From Atractiella rhizophila (Eukaryota), in assembly GCA_021432655.1 (NCBI GenBank), contig MU271301.1, positions 1 to 64,000 on the forward strand: a DNA stretch of 64,000 nucleotides, read 5' to 3'. A program made the translations under genes and the position numbers. Shown piece by piece: positions 10,919 to 26,877 of this stretch. Each line of letters starts with the position of its first letter. The first letter of the stretch is position 1. Under the pieces are notes generated by a model. That model ran no database searches. It saw nothing but the letters and a program-made list of their open reading frames with translations, and was not told the DNA's origin.

Positions 10919-12668
10919 ATGTTCAGGACCTCAACCCGCAAGCGCGACATGCTCAAGAGCTATTTGCGCCGACGAGTACGCTGGCAGAGCTCTCAGTTTA
11001 CCCCTCCATCACACGAGCCATTCCTTCGTTCGTTGCTGGATCCATTTCTCACTCGTCATTTGCTTACAATCTGCTTCAGAACGCTTAAGGGCAAGGCTAA
11101 ACGATACCCCCACGAAATGGTACCCACTCCCTCTCGGCGCTGGGATAGCCATATTATGCTTCCTGAGTTTCCTCAAAGCCCGGACTCGCTATTCAGATGC
11201 CGAACGCCTGGCCAGAGAGAAGCAGGCTGGAGGGACAGGAGAAGGAGAAGAGAGAGTGCCTCCTGTTCGCGTAAAAGGGCCATGGCAGGTTCGTCCATTG
11301 TTTCATCAATTGGGACCTGCATGCAGACTTGGTATCCAAAGGTGCATGTAATTGGCGCACTTCCACTACGCACTATCTCCCGCATCTACGGTGCCTTAAA
11401 CTCCTATACTCTACCCGTGTGGTGCCGAGTTCCGGGCTTCAAGCTCTATGCTCTGGTCTTTGGCGTAAACCTGGAAGAATGCGAAACTGACGACCTCACC
11501 ACATATCGATCCTTGAGCGAATTTTTCATGAGACGACTGAAGGAGGGAGCACGGCCGATTGCTGATACGATACTAGTGAGTATCCTTGGCCTGCGTTACC
11601 AAAGTTGAGAACGTGCATAGGTCTCGCCTGCCGACGGGAGGATTGTGAACTTCGGAACGATCAAAGGCTCGAGGGTGGAGAGCATAAAAGGAGCATCTTA
11701 CTCACTCGATGCCTTACTTTCCGGCTCTGGCGCATCCACTCCCATTCCCTCTACTCCAGGCTCTTCCACTCCGTCCGAAACCCCGCCTTTGAACCCTGAC
11801 CATCACATTGTCTCCGAGCGGGAATTCGCGAACCTAAATGGCCTAGAGTATTCGCTCACAGATCTGGTGGCAGGAACAAAGGAGCAACAGGCAGACCGAC
11901 GGGTGGAGAAGGCGGAAGATGGAAAGGAAGGCGGAGAGACGGACGAGACTGTTGACAGAAAAAGCGCATCTCAAGAGGCGGCTGTAGCGATGGAGTTGGA
12001 GGGAGAAGGATGGGCACCGTGGAAGGGAACAAGGACAGGAACTAAGTATATCTCTTTTTCCTTTCTTGGTATCGTATGCTGATGATGTCTGGTGATGACA
12101 ATAGGCTCTTCTATACAGTTGTTTATCTCGCCCCAGGCGATTACCACCGTTTCCACTCGCCCACAAATTGGGTATGCGAACGTAGACGCCATTTCGGGGG
12201 TATGTTGTCCTCTCTTCCTCTTCAATGCCTTCCCACTTCATATCTGATGACCCGTCCACGTGATAAGGAGAACTTTTCTCCGTCTCCCCCTGGATGGTTG
12301 GAAAACTGGCCGACCTCTTCGTGCTCAACGAGCGCGTAGCCCTTCTAGGTCGTTGGCGTCACGGCTTCTTTTCCATGGTTCCCGTCGGTGCGACGAATGT
12401 CGGCTCGATCAGGATAAACTTCGACAAATCCCTGCGGACCAATAGCCCTCTGCGGCCCACCATTCCTGGGACATTCACGGAGGCCAACTACAAAAGCGCG
12501 AGCTTGACGCTCAATGGACAACCGATACGCATTGGCGAGGAAATGGGCGGATTTTGGCTTGGATCTACTATCGTGCTGGTTTTTGAGGCGCCGGAAACTT
12601 TCAGCTTTTTGGTCAAGGAGGGTGAAAAGGTGAAGGTCGGGCAAGCGCTGGGAGAGGTTAAAACTTGA
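10919..12668 (+). CDS. PSD1: Phosphatidylserine decarboxylase proenzyme, mitochondrial type (multi-exon)
   Basis: [66 protein letters not shown], and the autocleavage motif [15 protein letters not shown]. Confidence 0.96.
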
Positions 12669-13400
12669 ATGCTTCGCTATGGGGCACTCAAAGGGTTACG
12701 ATGATGGGCTCCAAAGAGAGTACATCGTGTGGACGAAGAGATTAAAAGTATGCTTGTAAGATATGGGATTAAAATCGATAAATACAACTTCGTAATCGAG
12801 TTTGGTACGCCTAGCCCTACATTTGATTTCCTAGTATTAGGGTGGCCTCAGTCTCTGCGTAGCCTACACTTCACAGTCGAAGCAACACCGGGAAGAGGGA
12901 ATTGCGAAACGTCGAAAAATGTACCGTCCCCATTTGTTATAGTCTGCATGTAGCCATGGATGCTTTCACTAGGTGTAGCCCCAGAGAAGCTTACAAGAAA
13001 ATCAAATACTGGTTCTAGAACCGTGACGAGCCCAACAGTAAAAGTTTTGCTTACGAGTATCCTCTTTTGGATAATTTGTCTGCTTCGACTCTCTCTCAAG
13101 TCTTAGCTTGTGAAAGCCACTAAAGATATGAGCAGCCATTCACTTCACTGAAATGGGTTCCTGCTAGACAAAGACTTCCGCAAGGGACCTTTGTCCTCTT
13201 ATCCGCAGCCAAAGACAAAGGGAGTTGCGCTTATTGCGATAATGTATTCTTTAGGTGTAGTTTAAGAATGACAAAGGGATCTCAATATCAGTGAATGCTT
13301 GACCTTTTAGCTCTTCAGCTAGATTTCGCTGATGCGCTGCTGTCGGCAGAGACCTGTCATAGCCGTGTATCCCTTTATCTCTCTCCATCAAAGGGAAAGA

Positions 13401-13939
13401 ATGGATAAAAGAGAACTTCATCCTCTGATGCCTGGTCCCACTAAATCAAGTTCTCAGCTTCTCTCGTCTCCTTTTGACAGAAGTCAAGATGCCCTTCATC
13501 AGCTCTCACCCTATGTACCAAAGCTCGGTAACAAAATCCAAGAGATGGTAATCCACGTCCAGTAACGCTGAGACATTTGCTGAGATGGCGCAACAGGGTG
13601 CGCGAAAAGCGTCCTTTCGACATCGGCGGTGGTAGGGTCGTAGATCCAAGCCTTCACCCGCATTATGATTATGTCGATGCAGCTTGGTATCCATGGACAG
13701 TGGAAACACGTCCTCGACACCCAGCAGAATCGGCAAGTGACTACAGAGTACTGCAACAGCAGAAATGGGAAAGACAATGGCTGCGCCAGCAGTTGCGCGA
13801 CAATGACCGATACGAACTTCCGCGGATCGACGAGTATGGCTTTTATGCTGGATTAGATCCCGTGTATGGACCGGAAAGACCAAGGTCCAACTTTCATCGT
13901 AGGTTTTCTGTTTCTCGTTATCTCCCCCGGGATTGCTGA
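13401..13939 (+). CDS. Hypothetical protein; exon boundaries uncertain
   Basis: Protein-like ORF segment REKRPFDIGGGRVVDPSLHPHYDYVDAAWYPW...YELPRIDEYGFYAGLDPVYGPERP, preceded by a plausible GT..AG intron. No family recognised. Confidence 0.3.
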
Positions 13940-15400
13940 GAACATATGTGACAGCACGAAGAATCATTCAAAATAACATCCGCGCCTGGAGAAGTGCTTG
14001 GTAAACGAATTTCTGCTCATGTTCTCTGTGTTTGGTGCCTTGCCTTGTCGAGGGCAAACGACTTCCATTTGTTGAATTTGCTTTGGTCTGAGACCAACTT
14101 TTCTTGTAATGATGTTGACGTCTCATGAATCTAAGAAATTTAATGAAAACACCATCCATCAATGTTACCAACAGACTAATATACCGACGAGACACTTTAA
14201 GTTAAGGAGAATTAGGGCAACCGCACCCGAACACTACCTAGGAAGTTCGTTCAATGCGCGCGAGGTTTTAACTCCTCCCTCCCCCAGAAATTGGAGAAAA
14301 ATGTGTTCGAGCAGAATAAAATGACTGCATATGTTCTAAGATGCTGCGAAAGACAAATCGATTACGGCGCAATAAGGAGACAAAGCACAATCTGTTGCCA
14401 GGCTCAGCTATAGGCAGAAGCTCCTCGTCAATCAAAAGACAGCAGCATATCATCTATCATTCTCGCGATTTCAAAGCAAGTCTACTTGAAGGATCCAATC
14501 AAGACCAGCTCAAAAGGAACTACTGTTTAAAATGGTGAATGCCGAACGGGCATCAGATCTGCACCAGATGTTTAGATTTGGTTGAAAAGACCTCAAAAGA
14601 GAATAGACTGTTAGTCACATGCTGTGCTCTTCCCTCATCGATGGGAGGTAACGACTTCAATGCCCAAACAAGTACTCAGGCTACTATTCATGACGAATCT
14701 CTTCAACTTGAAAACAGACGTTGCGCTCACCTTAACCAGAGGCTGCAATTGCAAGCGTTCCTACTACGCTAGTGCATAAGTTACCGCTCATCGCGACATT
14801 CAAACCAGATATCCAATGCCAATTGCAACCAATAAGCAATAAGCAATAAGGCAGCAATCAGCATCCAGCTCGAGGGTAGGGTTAGGGCCTCCGCAGGCTA
14901 TAACTTTTCACAAGGTAGTGACGTGCCTCCCACCAACGACGAACTCACAAATTTTCACCCTTACGAATCCTAACGCATTACTTTAAATCTTCCAAAGGTG
15001 CGTCTCCTTTCCTGTTTGCTGTGAAGTAAGAATATTATGGTGAAAGAAGGGAAAATTTCGGAGAACTTAGTGCGCTGGTTAGACAACTCTTGGGGTGGGG
15101 TTGTGTTTCACCGTTAGGGAGCCTGAAAGCAGACACTCAACCCTGAATATGTTCCATGGGGTTCATGAGATGAAGTCTGGATTTTTTCTGAGATTGGAAG
15201 TCCACATATGTGACTCGAGAGGAGGGAGAGTGAACCCAATGACGTATGCTTATCACTTACCAACGGCGCCAAATTGCGCCAAATACGCAAACTTTGCGTC
15301 CTTATAAAGCCTCCAGTCCTCTGCACAACATCCCGTCGTCAAACCATTGTGCTAACATTTTATTCTCTGAACCGCGCAGACAATCAACAAACGACCAAAC

Positions 15401-16001
15401 ATGTCAGCTCAAGACAAATTCCAATACTACGTCGCCCAAATCGACAAGGAACTCTCAAAGTATCCAGCGCTCAACAAGTTGGAAGCGCAGACCCAAATCC
15501 CCAAAGCCTACTCTGTCACTGCGGCCGTCGGAATCTGGGTCTTTCTCATCTTCTTCAATGTTTTCGCTGGATTCCTTAGCAACTTCTTCGGATGGGCCGT
15601 CCCCGCTTATTTCTCTTTGAAGGCACTTGAGACTCCTCAGAGCGGTGACGATCAGCAATGGCTTACCTACTGGACTGTATGGCCTCTTTTCTTCCGATTG
15701 GTCCCGGGGTATTGAGGCAAGTCATCGCACAGGTGTTCGGTGGTTTCACGGTGCTGGAGAACATGATCGAGCCTTCTGGATGGTTCCCTTACTACTATGT
15801 ATTCAAGACCATCTTCATTATCTGGCTCATCCTTCCTTCCACCAAGGTTCGTGTCTTCCAATTCATCCCTTTGATGTGACACCTCATTATCGTTGGGGGG
15901 AATAGGGAGCGCAACTCGTCTACCACAAGGTGTACAAGCCACTTCTTGCCAACGCCAAAGCAGCTGCACCTCAAGCCCCTACCCCAGCTGCCGCAGAGTA
16001 A
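15401..16001 (+). CDS. YOP1: ER-shaping protein Yop1/DP1/REEP (TB2/DP1/HVA22 family), 3 exons
   Basis: QIDKELSKYPALNKLEAQTQIPKAY, FGWAVPAYFSLKALET...DDQQWLTYW, WFPYYYVFKTIFIIWLILPSTKGAQLVY. Stop TAA at 15999-16001. Confidence 0.95.
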
Positions 16002-16491
16002 TGGTACGCCTGTCCCACTTCGCCTAGATATACGAAGCTAACCTGCGATTCACTGCAATGCAGGAGCGGACGATAGCCCAATGATAAATGATGAATACAT
16101 CACTTTTCAATTTTTCAGCGTTCAGTTTGTACCCACGAACGAATCCTGCCTCTTTCTCTTTTCACTTTCTTGCCTGATAGTTTCCGCAAATGTCTTTTGA
16201 GTGGACTGAACATGTTGGTATGGTGCAGTTTGGTGACAATGCAGTAGAATGTTACCTACCCTGATGTAGCTCACACTTTGCCCTTGCCGCGGTAATTCGC
16301 CTCCGACTGAGTAAGCGACATCTCTACAAAAACAGTCATCAGCCATTATCCTCAGCAATTAACCAACTGAAATCAACATACTCGCCAGGCTGCTTCGTCG
16401 ATTTTCTGCCTTCTCGAAGTTCCAGGTGCGCGTTCATCCATTCCTGTGTGACGGCAGACATCAATCAAATGCTGACCATCAGGTATCTTAG

Positions 16492-18216
<1,725 letters not shown>

Positions 18217-18519
18217 ATAATCGCATGCTTAGACTTAGATAACGTAGAAGCAATTATATCACCAAAACTACACAGTCCTCTGACAATGCAAGCCCGCCGA
18301 AGCAACCTTGCCGGTGATGCGCTAGCGCACCCTCGGTTTGTAGAGCGATGAGAGACTTACATGAAGGAAAGGATTAGAAAACGCTATTCTTCCTCAACTT
18401 CTCCATGGATTGCGATGTCATAATAGTTGTGCAACACAAATAGACGGAGCTTCACATTGCAATGAAGTCGAAGATCAGTAGATTAATCATCTATTTCACA
18501 GGAGGAGGAGATAGCGACA

Positions 18520-19584
18520 GTCTAGCCCACAACTTCGTCGTCCCCTGGTCTGGATGAGCATTGACCTTTTATATAGCTCTTCATTCAAAACTTTTGTCTC
18601 CTTGAATTGGTCTGGGTCAAGACCTTTCCGGTCGGTATCCAAAAAACCTGTTACCCTATCGATCTGATCCTTCTACTCCTGCCATGCCTGGATTCCTTTT
18701 TATGCTTAGCTCGCTCTTCCTTTCCCAAACAGGGTACTGGACAGTCCATGTTGTCTACGACTCGGCAGAGCGATTCACTTAGCTGTCAGCAGGATATCAG
18801 GTCGCAGCCCTGGACGGCACCATGACTTACAGGTCTTAAAGATTTGGTACAGCGGATGATTGATCAGATCGTGGTGTTTAAAACCGTGAGCCTTCAAAAA
18901 GAGTCGGGTTCCTTTCTTTTGTCAGTCGCAGGTACGCGTTCTGCAGCTTAGCCTTTTCCTTCTTCGCCAGCTCTTCTGCCTCGTATTCATCACTCATGTG
19001 CTCAAAACTCGTTGGAACGTCACAGTCCGGTGTTGGTTTGTGAATGGATAGACGAGATTGAAGAATGCTCGGGTGTTCATGGTCGAAGGAAGAGCGGCAT
19101 TGGTGCTGCATCTGCGAATCGATTACACTCGTAATTGCAGCACTCAAAGGTTCAATAAAAAATTGTCCCACGTAGATCGCGATGAAGGAAGACTGATCCC
19201 GGTGATATGTGGATCCTTCGGTACAAATCGAAGGGAGGAGCCGTTAGGTCATCATAGAAGTTGTAGGAAGTCAGAGACGGTCTCTGTCTAGCTTCCATCA
19301 AACGTGAGTATAGGAATCTTCTCTAAATCGTTCAATCCACGCCTTTCACTCTTGACCAGAGCCAGAAGATAAGAAAGAGTATCTGGCCATGGGCCACGAT
19401 CATGGTCTAGTTCTGATTTCTCGTCGTCCCAAAATCTGAGATCGGAAACCAGAGCGCCATCATCCTTAACAAATGAAAGATTGAACTCCGCGTTGGTGAG
19501 TTTCCGCTCCATCTCGACCACTTGCTCGGATATCTTCAGTCGCTGAGCCCAAGAGAGGTCATCGTCACTCCTGGAGCTTGACAT
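18520..19584 (-). pseudogene. Degenerate coding sequence with multiple premature stops
   Basis: Protein-like ORF 19288-19584 continues in frame past its TAG (IPILTFDGS*TETVSDFLQLL**). Further protein-like fragments at 18878-19171 and ~18520-18760 also contain internal stops. Confidence 0.45.
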
Positions 19585-20458
19585 GACAATGAATGGTGAA
19601 CCAACTCCATTTTCAATCGGCTGAGAAGACCAAAAGAGATTCAGGCACTGTAATACCCTACAAAACGAATATTCGCCACTTCTTTAGAAGTAATGAGTTC
19701 AGAACGTTCTTTTGAGTCGGGAAATATTTTCTTTATTATTCACTGCGTTTTTTGCTCAGTTCTGGTCAGGAATTGCGAGAGAAGAATCACAAATCACCTT
19801 CAGTAATAAGGAAATGATGGCAACTGCTGTTTTTTTGGGCTCCAACTTCAATAAGAGTTTGTGGAAGGTTCAAGTTGTGACCAGAAGCGGAATAGTAATA
19901 AATATCCGACGCTTAAAGTTATTCTGTTTCATGTAACACCACTACTTGAGTTCCACCTCAAATTATGTAAACACCACAAAGCTGGATCTAGGGTCTTGTT
20001 GGAAGCTTTTGGCAGATTCAGGAATCTAATCCGATCGTGACACCTGAACTCGTCAGCACATAGCACACAATATTGTCTGAGCAGGTCTGGGCTCCACGCA
20101 TAATTCAAGCCATTGATATTCATTGATATTCTTCGGCTGCACGTCTACTACTGTATCAAAACAACCTGCGAACTGCGCAATCAATTAAAGCCGGAAGGTA
20201 CCCTCAAGGATAATCGGGAGGAAAATGCTGAGATACAAAAGGTGAACCAAGCAGACGCAACAGAGTGTATGAACAGGTTTGATTTGAGAAATAGTGCTGA
20301 GAGTACGGATCCAATTATTAGCACTTGAGCTAAGTAAGGATTGAAACAAGGCATGAGTGCGAAGGCAAAGCGATGCACGACATAGGAACTAATACTGATT
20401 TGAAATTTCGAAAGTAAACGAACTTTTAAAACGAGGGTAGAGAAATTGCAATTCCAGA

Positions 20459-23400
20459 TTAACCCCACCAACCGTCGTCATCTTTAATTGCAGGCTTACC
20501 CATCCTCGACGGCGTAGGACTGGGAATAAACCTCGTTCGAACAGTCCCTGTACTGCCACCAGTATTTTGACGCTGAAGGACCGGCGGAGGTGGATAGTTA
20601 GCGTTGTTGGGATAGTGAGGAGTCACTGAAATAGGATTAGGACTGGCTGCAGGCTTTCGAGTCTGCTCCTGTCCTAGACGGGGGAAGTCGTTCTCATACA
20701 GGGAAGCCGTATCTCGACTTGGCGTCGGGTAGTGAGAATGTGAGGAAGAAGACGTGGGAACGTGATTGGCGTAACCATTCGGTTTGGAATGATTTGGAGT
20801 CGTGCTGTTGGATCGGTCGGGAGTCGTATAGTTCTGATATCCAGAATGAGACTGCGCGGCAGTGACTTGTTTCTGTAATCGAGCGTTCTCATCTCTGAGA
20901 GATGAAATCTCAGATGTGGAAGAGTCGAGTTTGGTTTGAGCGTCTTGGAGTTCCTTTCCAATCGACTCTCGCATTGCGAGGACCTCCCGCTCCATTTCCT
21001 CGAAGCGCGTCTGGTAGTCGATGACTTCCTTCTGCAATCGTTGCTCCGTTGCCCGACTCTGCACAAGCTCCTTCTCAACGTCGTGTTTCGCACGCAGTTC
21101 GCCCTCGAGACGGGCTAGCTCTAATTTTGTCGGTTCGAGTTCCTTAGCTTTCTTCTCCACCTCGCTGAGCTTCTGGTTTGTGCTCGCCAGAGTTTGCTTA
21201 CTCTTCGCCGAGGCATTCTGAAGATTGGACAGCTTTTCATCCTACACCCCATACTATTCAGGTCCGGTTCAAAGGACAGACAAAATTCTACCTGAGAAGT
21301 CAGTCGTTTTTCTAGGCTATTCACCTGTCCTTCTAAAGAAGCTTTTGCCTCTCTCATCTTGTTCATCTCGTTGACCCTTTCTGTCTCCCGTGCTCTGAAG
21401 TCATTCTCCAGTTCTTTCTGCTCGTCCCGCATCTGATTCGTCCGTTGGCGCAACAAGGCAGCATCCTCGTCTCGCTCCTGTTGCAGGCGTTCAACAGTCT
21501 TGTTGGCGCTCTCCAGTTGGCGTTTAGCGCTTGTAACCTCAACTTCCATCAGTCGCACTTTCGCTTGCATCTCCCCAACCTGCCGCGTATGTTCCAGGTC
21601 AGTTTGATGCCAGACGTTCTCTCGTTCTCTAGAGGAGTTCAACTGGGAAGAAAGGTTTTGAGCGTGGGTGTCGGAATCGACGAGGCGCTCCTGGAGACGG
21701 GTGGCGACATTCTTGTGCATTTCAGCATCAGTCTCCCTCCCTCTTAGTTCAGCCTGCAGAGTTTGAACCTCGCTCGATCGCTGGCCAAGTTGTGAGCGTA
21801 ATTCTCTAATTTCAGCCTCCATTCTCGTTTTCTCCGTTTGCCACAGCTCTTGAACCATGGATTTTTCGCTAGCCAGTTTGACGTTCTCTTGACGAATCCT
21901 TGCAAGATTGGCTTCAAGTTCTGTCCGTGCGTTGTATGCCTCAGTCATAGCACGAATTTCCTGCGAACTCTTTCTTAAATCTGCAAGAATAGTATTGTTT
22001 CCTACAGACAGTTTCTCTTCGAAATGTTGCCTGAGGAGATTGATAGTGTTGGCTAGAAGGTCATGACGTTCCAGGATATCGCCACCTTGGATGTCGAGGT
22101 TCTGGCATTTTACGATAATCGCTTGTATCGCTTCTGAATCCTCGGAAGAGAAACCAGAAGGTAAAGATGCTCCCAAACGTGCAGCGAGAGCACCGATATC
22201 AAGTGGCGGACGGTTAGATTGAAGGGTAAGACTGGAGGTTACTTCGGACAGAGCGGTATTGAGGTCCCCTCGAACGGAATCCACAATAAGCCCTGGGCTC
22301 GGAAGTACCTTCGATATCTCGTCGGCGAGTTTTCTGTAGTCGACGTCCACAGGTCGAAGGGATTCTAGTTGTGGACTAAGGAGTTCCGAAATGATATTCG
22401 CAGTCTCTTTCTTGTCAGATGTAAGGTCGATTAACTGCAAAGACATTAGGGTTTCTGAAATCAAGGGCATCTCAAGCATACCTGGCTAATCTGAGGTTTC
22501 ACAGCTTCAGAAAGCTTGAATATCATTAAATCGATATCCAAGGGTGGCGTCTTTAAGGTTGTCAAATGTGGAAGCAGGGCTGACGCCACCTGGCTCGACA
22601 ATATGGCTGTATCCATGGAACTTCGTTCTCTTGATTTCCCAACATCCGGAAGGCGTTCATCAAGGAGTTTGATAATGGGTTCGATGGAGCTGGTATGAGC
22701 GACAGGAGCTGGAGGATCTAAGAAGGGATCGGATGTAGACCGAGAGCGACTGTCCTGACGCTGCTCCAATATAGGTTTCAGGGTATCGAGAACTCCATCC
22801 ACAACTTCCGCGAGCCTTTCGCGCTCCTTCGTGATGTCGCCAATGACTCCTTGATTCTTGAGTTTCGTTATGATGGCGTCCGCGAATGCCTCCGCCGAAG
22901 GGACCGGAAGAGGACGAGCGTCATTTCTGGCTGTTGCAGAGCTAGTGGTCTCCGAGATATGGTTGATGATGGCAGCTAGAGCTTGGTTCAAGGTGCTTTC
23001 CATCTTCATGTGGTTATCGTCAACAACCTCTCTAATCATCTGAAATTCAGGCTTGTGATTAACGTCCTCAAGCTCTGGTAAGCCTGTATATCCCAGATTT
23101 CCACCATAGCTGACTGTCCTCCTGTTCCTATTCGCAGATTGCAAAGTGGACTGCTGAGAAAGTGCAAGTGTCAACATATCGGGCGTGATGATGTTTTGCA
23201 TCGCTGCGGCCACCCTTGTTGTGAAAGCGTCGAGGAGGGCATCTTGCTTAAGGTTGTCTATCTCCGCCTTGAAATTCGCTAGCCCTGAAATATCCTTCCT
23301 GAACGCGTCAAATTTCTCGTCCAGGATGTCCTCGATCTGGCCGAGGAGGAAATCTTCTTCCTCCGTTTCTCCCTCATAATCTCCATCCTCCTCCTCATCC

Positions 23401-26400
23401 TCTTCTAGATCTTCACTAACGGACATCTCAGTCTCCTCCTCCTGCTCTTCCGCATACTTTTGTCTCATCATCGCGACCGTCGGCGTCCTAGCTGACTCCT
23501 CTGAGCTGACCATCACGCCTTTATTCCGGGCAATAGCAGGTAATGCGACACCTTCACCTAATCCGTCATCAATGGAATACCTAGTTGCTTTCATATTGCT
23601 CGGACTCGTGCGCTGAGAAAACTGTTCCACTTCGGGCGGATTGAAGAAATCTGGAATGGGCATCCGTTTCTTGCTTTCCGGGCTGGCGGTGTTGAACACA
23701 TTCTGCTCGTGTTCAGGCATGAGAGTGAGGTTAGGGTTGTTCCTTCCCGGCGTTTGTTTGGAGATGGTGTTGAAATGTTGCGAGGGGACAGGCATAGCTG
23801 GCGCTGACCCTCTCCTTTCCCGATCCTCCATTCCCTGGGGATACAGGTACCTCCCAACCGCATAATCCCTCACATCTGCGCTCGTGGGTCTCCTTACACC
23901 TCCCAGGGTGTCATTGAACACGTCTTCGGTATCCGTCTCGCTCGGATTGGGCGATAGCCAGACTCCAGCTCTCGTTGCTTCCACGGGAACTGGGACTGGT
24001 CTCGCAGACGGTACCTGTCCAGGAAGCGGAAGCTGGTTCTGGTTTTGCGGTTGTGGCGGTCCAAAGAGACCAGGGGATATCGCTCGGATCGGCAATTGCG
24101 TTTGTGGAGGAGGAGGAGGATTACTGAAGTTCGCAGTCGGTGCACCTGCCGGCGACGTGAAGGTGAAAGTGGGCTTGAACTCTTTTGCGAAAGCGTTCAA
24201 CTTTCCAAACGTGCTTTGAGAGAGCGGATTATTCGTCGGCGGTGCCGGTTGAGGATGTGCTGGAGGAGGAGGGAGACCAGTTTGAGAGCTGATGGATCCG
24301 AATCCGGAGCCACTTCCAAACCTGAGCGTGGGCAGCTGAGGAGGAGGGTCCTGTGTGCTGCTGCCGAAAACGAATTCGGGAGCGTTGGCGTTGAGTGAAG
24401 TTCGTCTCGAATGAGACTGAGCAACAGCCTGTTGCGCCTGCAGAGCGTTTGGTTCGAAGGAATTCGCAGTGGATGGAAGGGAAGGGGGGACGGGGAGCGG
24501 TCTTGGAGGAAAGCGGAAGTTGTTGTTCACCCTGTGGGCGTTATTGGAAGAGTCGGAGGGGTGGTGAGAGTGGGAGACGCGCAAGTGGAGTTTATGATGG
24601 TGTTCTTCATCGCTCGGATTAGAGATGATGCTCTCGTCGTCGCCGCCATCAAGCCAATGGTCTGGATTCGGAACTACCTTCGTCTTCTTCTTTTGTTGTT
24701 CCTTTTTAAGCTTCCTCGCCCTCTCCTCATCTGATGGGTTCGAGTACTCGTCCTCGTCCTCGTCCATGTCCATGTCCATGTCTTCATCATCGTCCTCATC
24801 TCTCGAATAAGCACCTTCGCTCACGCTGTAGCTCTTCGAGTGGTGTCTCTTCTTTTTCCCCTCGTCCACCCCATCGCTATACCTCCTCACCTTCCTCGCC
24901 GCATTGGCCTCCACCTCATCCTCATCCTCCCTCTGGGTCTTGATCAACTCTCCGGACGTCTGCCTCAACCTTCTCTCATCCTCGACCTCCAAATCCCCCT
25001 CCGCTTGCATCTGCGGTCCACCCGCAAAATCATCGAATCCAAAGCCTCTCGCGAGCTCACTCAGACTCATCTCCTTCGCTTTTCTATCCCTCAACTCCGT
25101 CTCCACCATCTCCGCACTCATCGCGCTCTCCGTCAATGCCATGTCCGGAGCAAAAGACTGAGCAAGGGGATTGAATCCCAGAGCAGCGCCCCGTTCAATG
25201 GTGGGTGAATGTGCCGGGGACGAGACGAAGCCTTGTTGTTGAGCTGCGAACGTAGAACCGGCGAAGAAGGGCGAAATGGGCTGCGGTTGCGGAATCGCGA
25301 GCGCTGGGGTTCCACCTGGCGAACGTGGGAGAGGACGGCCCATGCCAGGCGGGAGGAGACTGGGAGATGCGAGCGGCAGCGGAGTGTGAGAGAAGGGCGA
25401 CGGAAGAAAGTTGCTGCCCCGCGCTTCGGTTTCCTAGTCTCTCTGGTTAGAACCAAGTGGGGGTAAGAGGAATTTCAAAACGCACGGCGTCGGAGGACTC
25501 GTAGATCCCACGCGAGTGTAGGTATTCCGTCAAATCAGGGAATTGGACATCTTTCCAAGCATGCTTTCCTGGTAGGTATCTTCAAGGTCCCCAAACATCA
25601 CTCCTCGTTCGACCGTCATTAAAATAAGAAATGAGAGACTCACATGTCTAAAGTAGGCGGTAATCCATCGTCACACACAAGTTCCGGATTCTCGTCAGCC
25701 CCCTTAATTTCCGGGGGTACGCTCTCCTCCCTCCCTTCTATCTCACCCTCGTTCCAAATCCTCGGACTTCGACTCCACATACTGAATCCAGCAATGATGA
25801 ACCCATTCCCTCTCGGACTCAGTGCCTCCAAGCTCTCCCTCGGTAGACGGACGATCACCTTTTTCTGTTTGATGACCGGCTGGGGGAGGACGGGAAGAGG
25901 AGTCGACGGTGCGTCTCTTCCCGGTGACGAGCCTTTGGACGCACCACCTGGTGTCATAGGAGGAGGCGCGAGAGAGCCACGCTTTTGAGGAGGCATTCGG
26001 AAGTTGTTGAGAGTATTGAGCGACAAGGAAGGGCGAGGTTGATGACCTGGACCGCCTCCTGGGTTCCATCCTGGCATGCCTGGCATGCCTCCCATCCCCA
26101 TTGCCAAGCTCGGATTGTTCTGATGTCCTCCCCTCTTAAAATTTCCCAGCGGATTCCCACCGGGAGGAATAGCCATGCTCCCTTGAGGATTGTGGAATCC
26201 TCTTCCCCATCCTGGGGTCGGAGGCTGGTTGTTGCCCATGAACATTCCCATGTTGGCCATTCCCATGTTCAGCTGTGGCGGGGGGGCTATGTTCATCCCA
26301 GCGAGGGACGGGGACTGTCCGTGCCTGCCCCCTGCGAGTGCGGCGGGCGATGATGGTCCTAGGGGGGTGCTGGGATTCGGGAAGTATGATGGGGAGTGGG

Positions 26401-26511
26401 AGTCGAAGAGGAAGGACTGCCCGTGCGGCGTTGGGGGCTGTTCCCATGCACCTCAGTATTTGCACACCCGACAAATGGCAGACTGACCATGCGCCCAAAC
26501 GGAGTAGCCAT
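20459..26511 (-). CDS. Large (~1900 aa) hypothetical protein: low-complexity N-half with PAM2-like motifs, long C-terminal coiled coil
   Basis: Long ORFs 25640-26296, 22461-25343, 21121-22479 and 20459-21160 joined by short GT-AG introns. Probable start MATPFGRM|PPTPHG. Heptad-rich C-terminal half. Ends DDDGWWG*. Confidence 0.85.
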
Positions 26512-26877
26512 GCTTGGGAGGCTACCAGAACCGAGACGAAGTGAAGTGCTCCTGCGTGGAAGCGAATGGGAAGAATCTAAGGTGGCCCTAACCCTATCAT
26601 CGAAGCAGCAGGAATATCGGGGAGGGGAAAAAGGTAACAATGGTGATCAAGCAAGCAACACTCACGCACCTGACAACCCTGTGCACATAAACTAAAAAGT
26701 ATGGTGGTACGGGCCCAACATTAACACCATGATTGGGGACAAAGGGGAAACAACACCTTTTCCGCCACAAGTATGCAATGTTCCAGTTCGATGTGATGTG
26801 TAATGCCATCATTTTAAGCTATGCTATACAACAACTATTTGTACATGTCTAATCAGTGTAAGCTTGAAGTAGTACGA

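Noticed and set aside
14830..14850. (CAATAAG)x3 tandem repeat
   Set aside because: Too short to distinguish from ordinary slippage.
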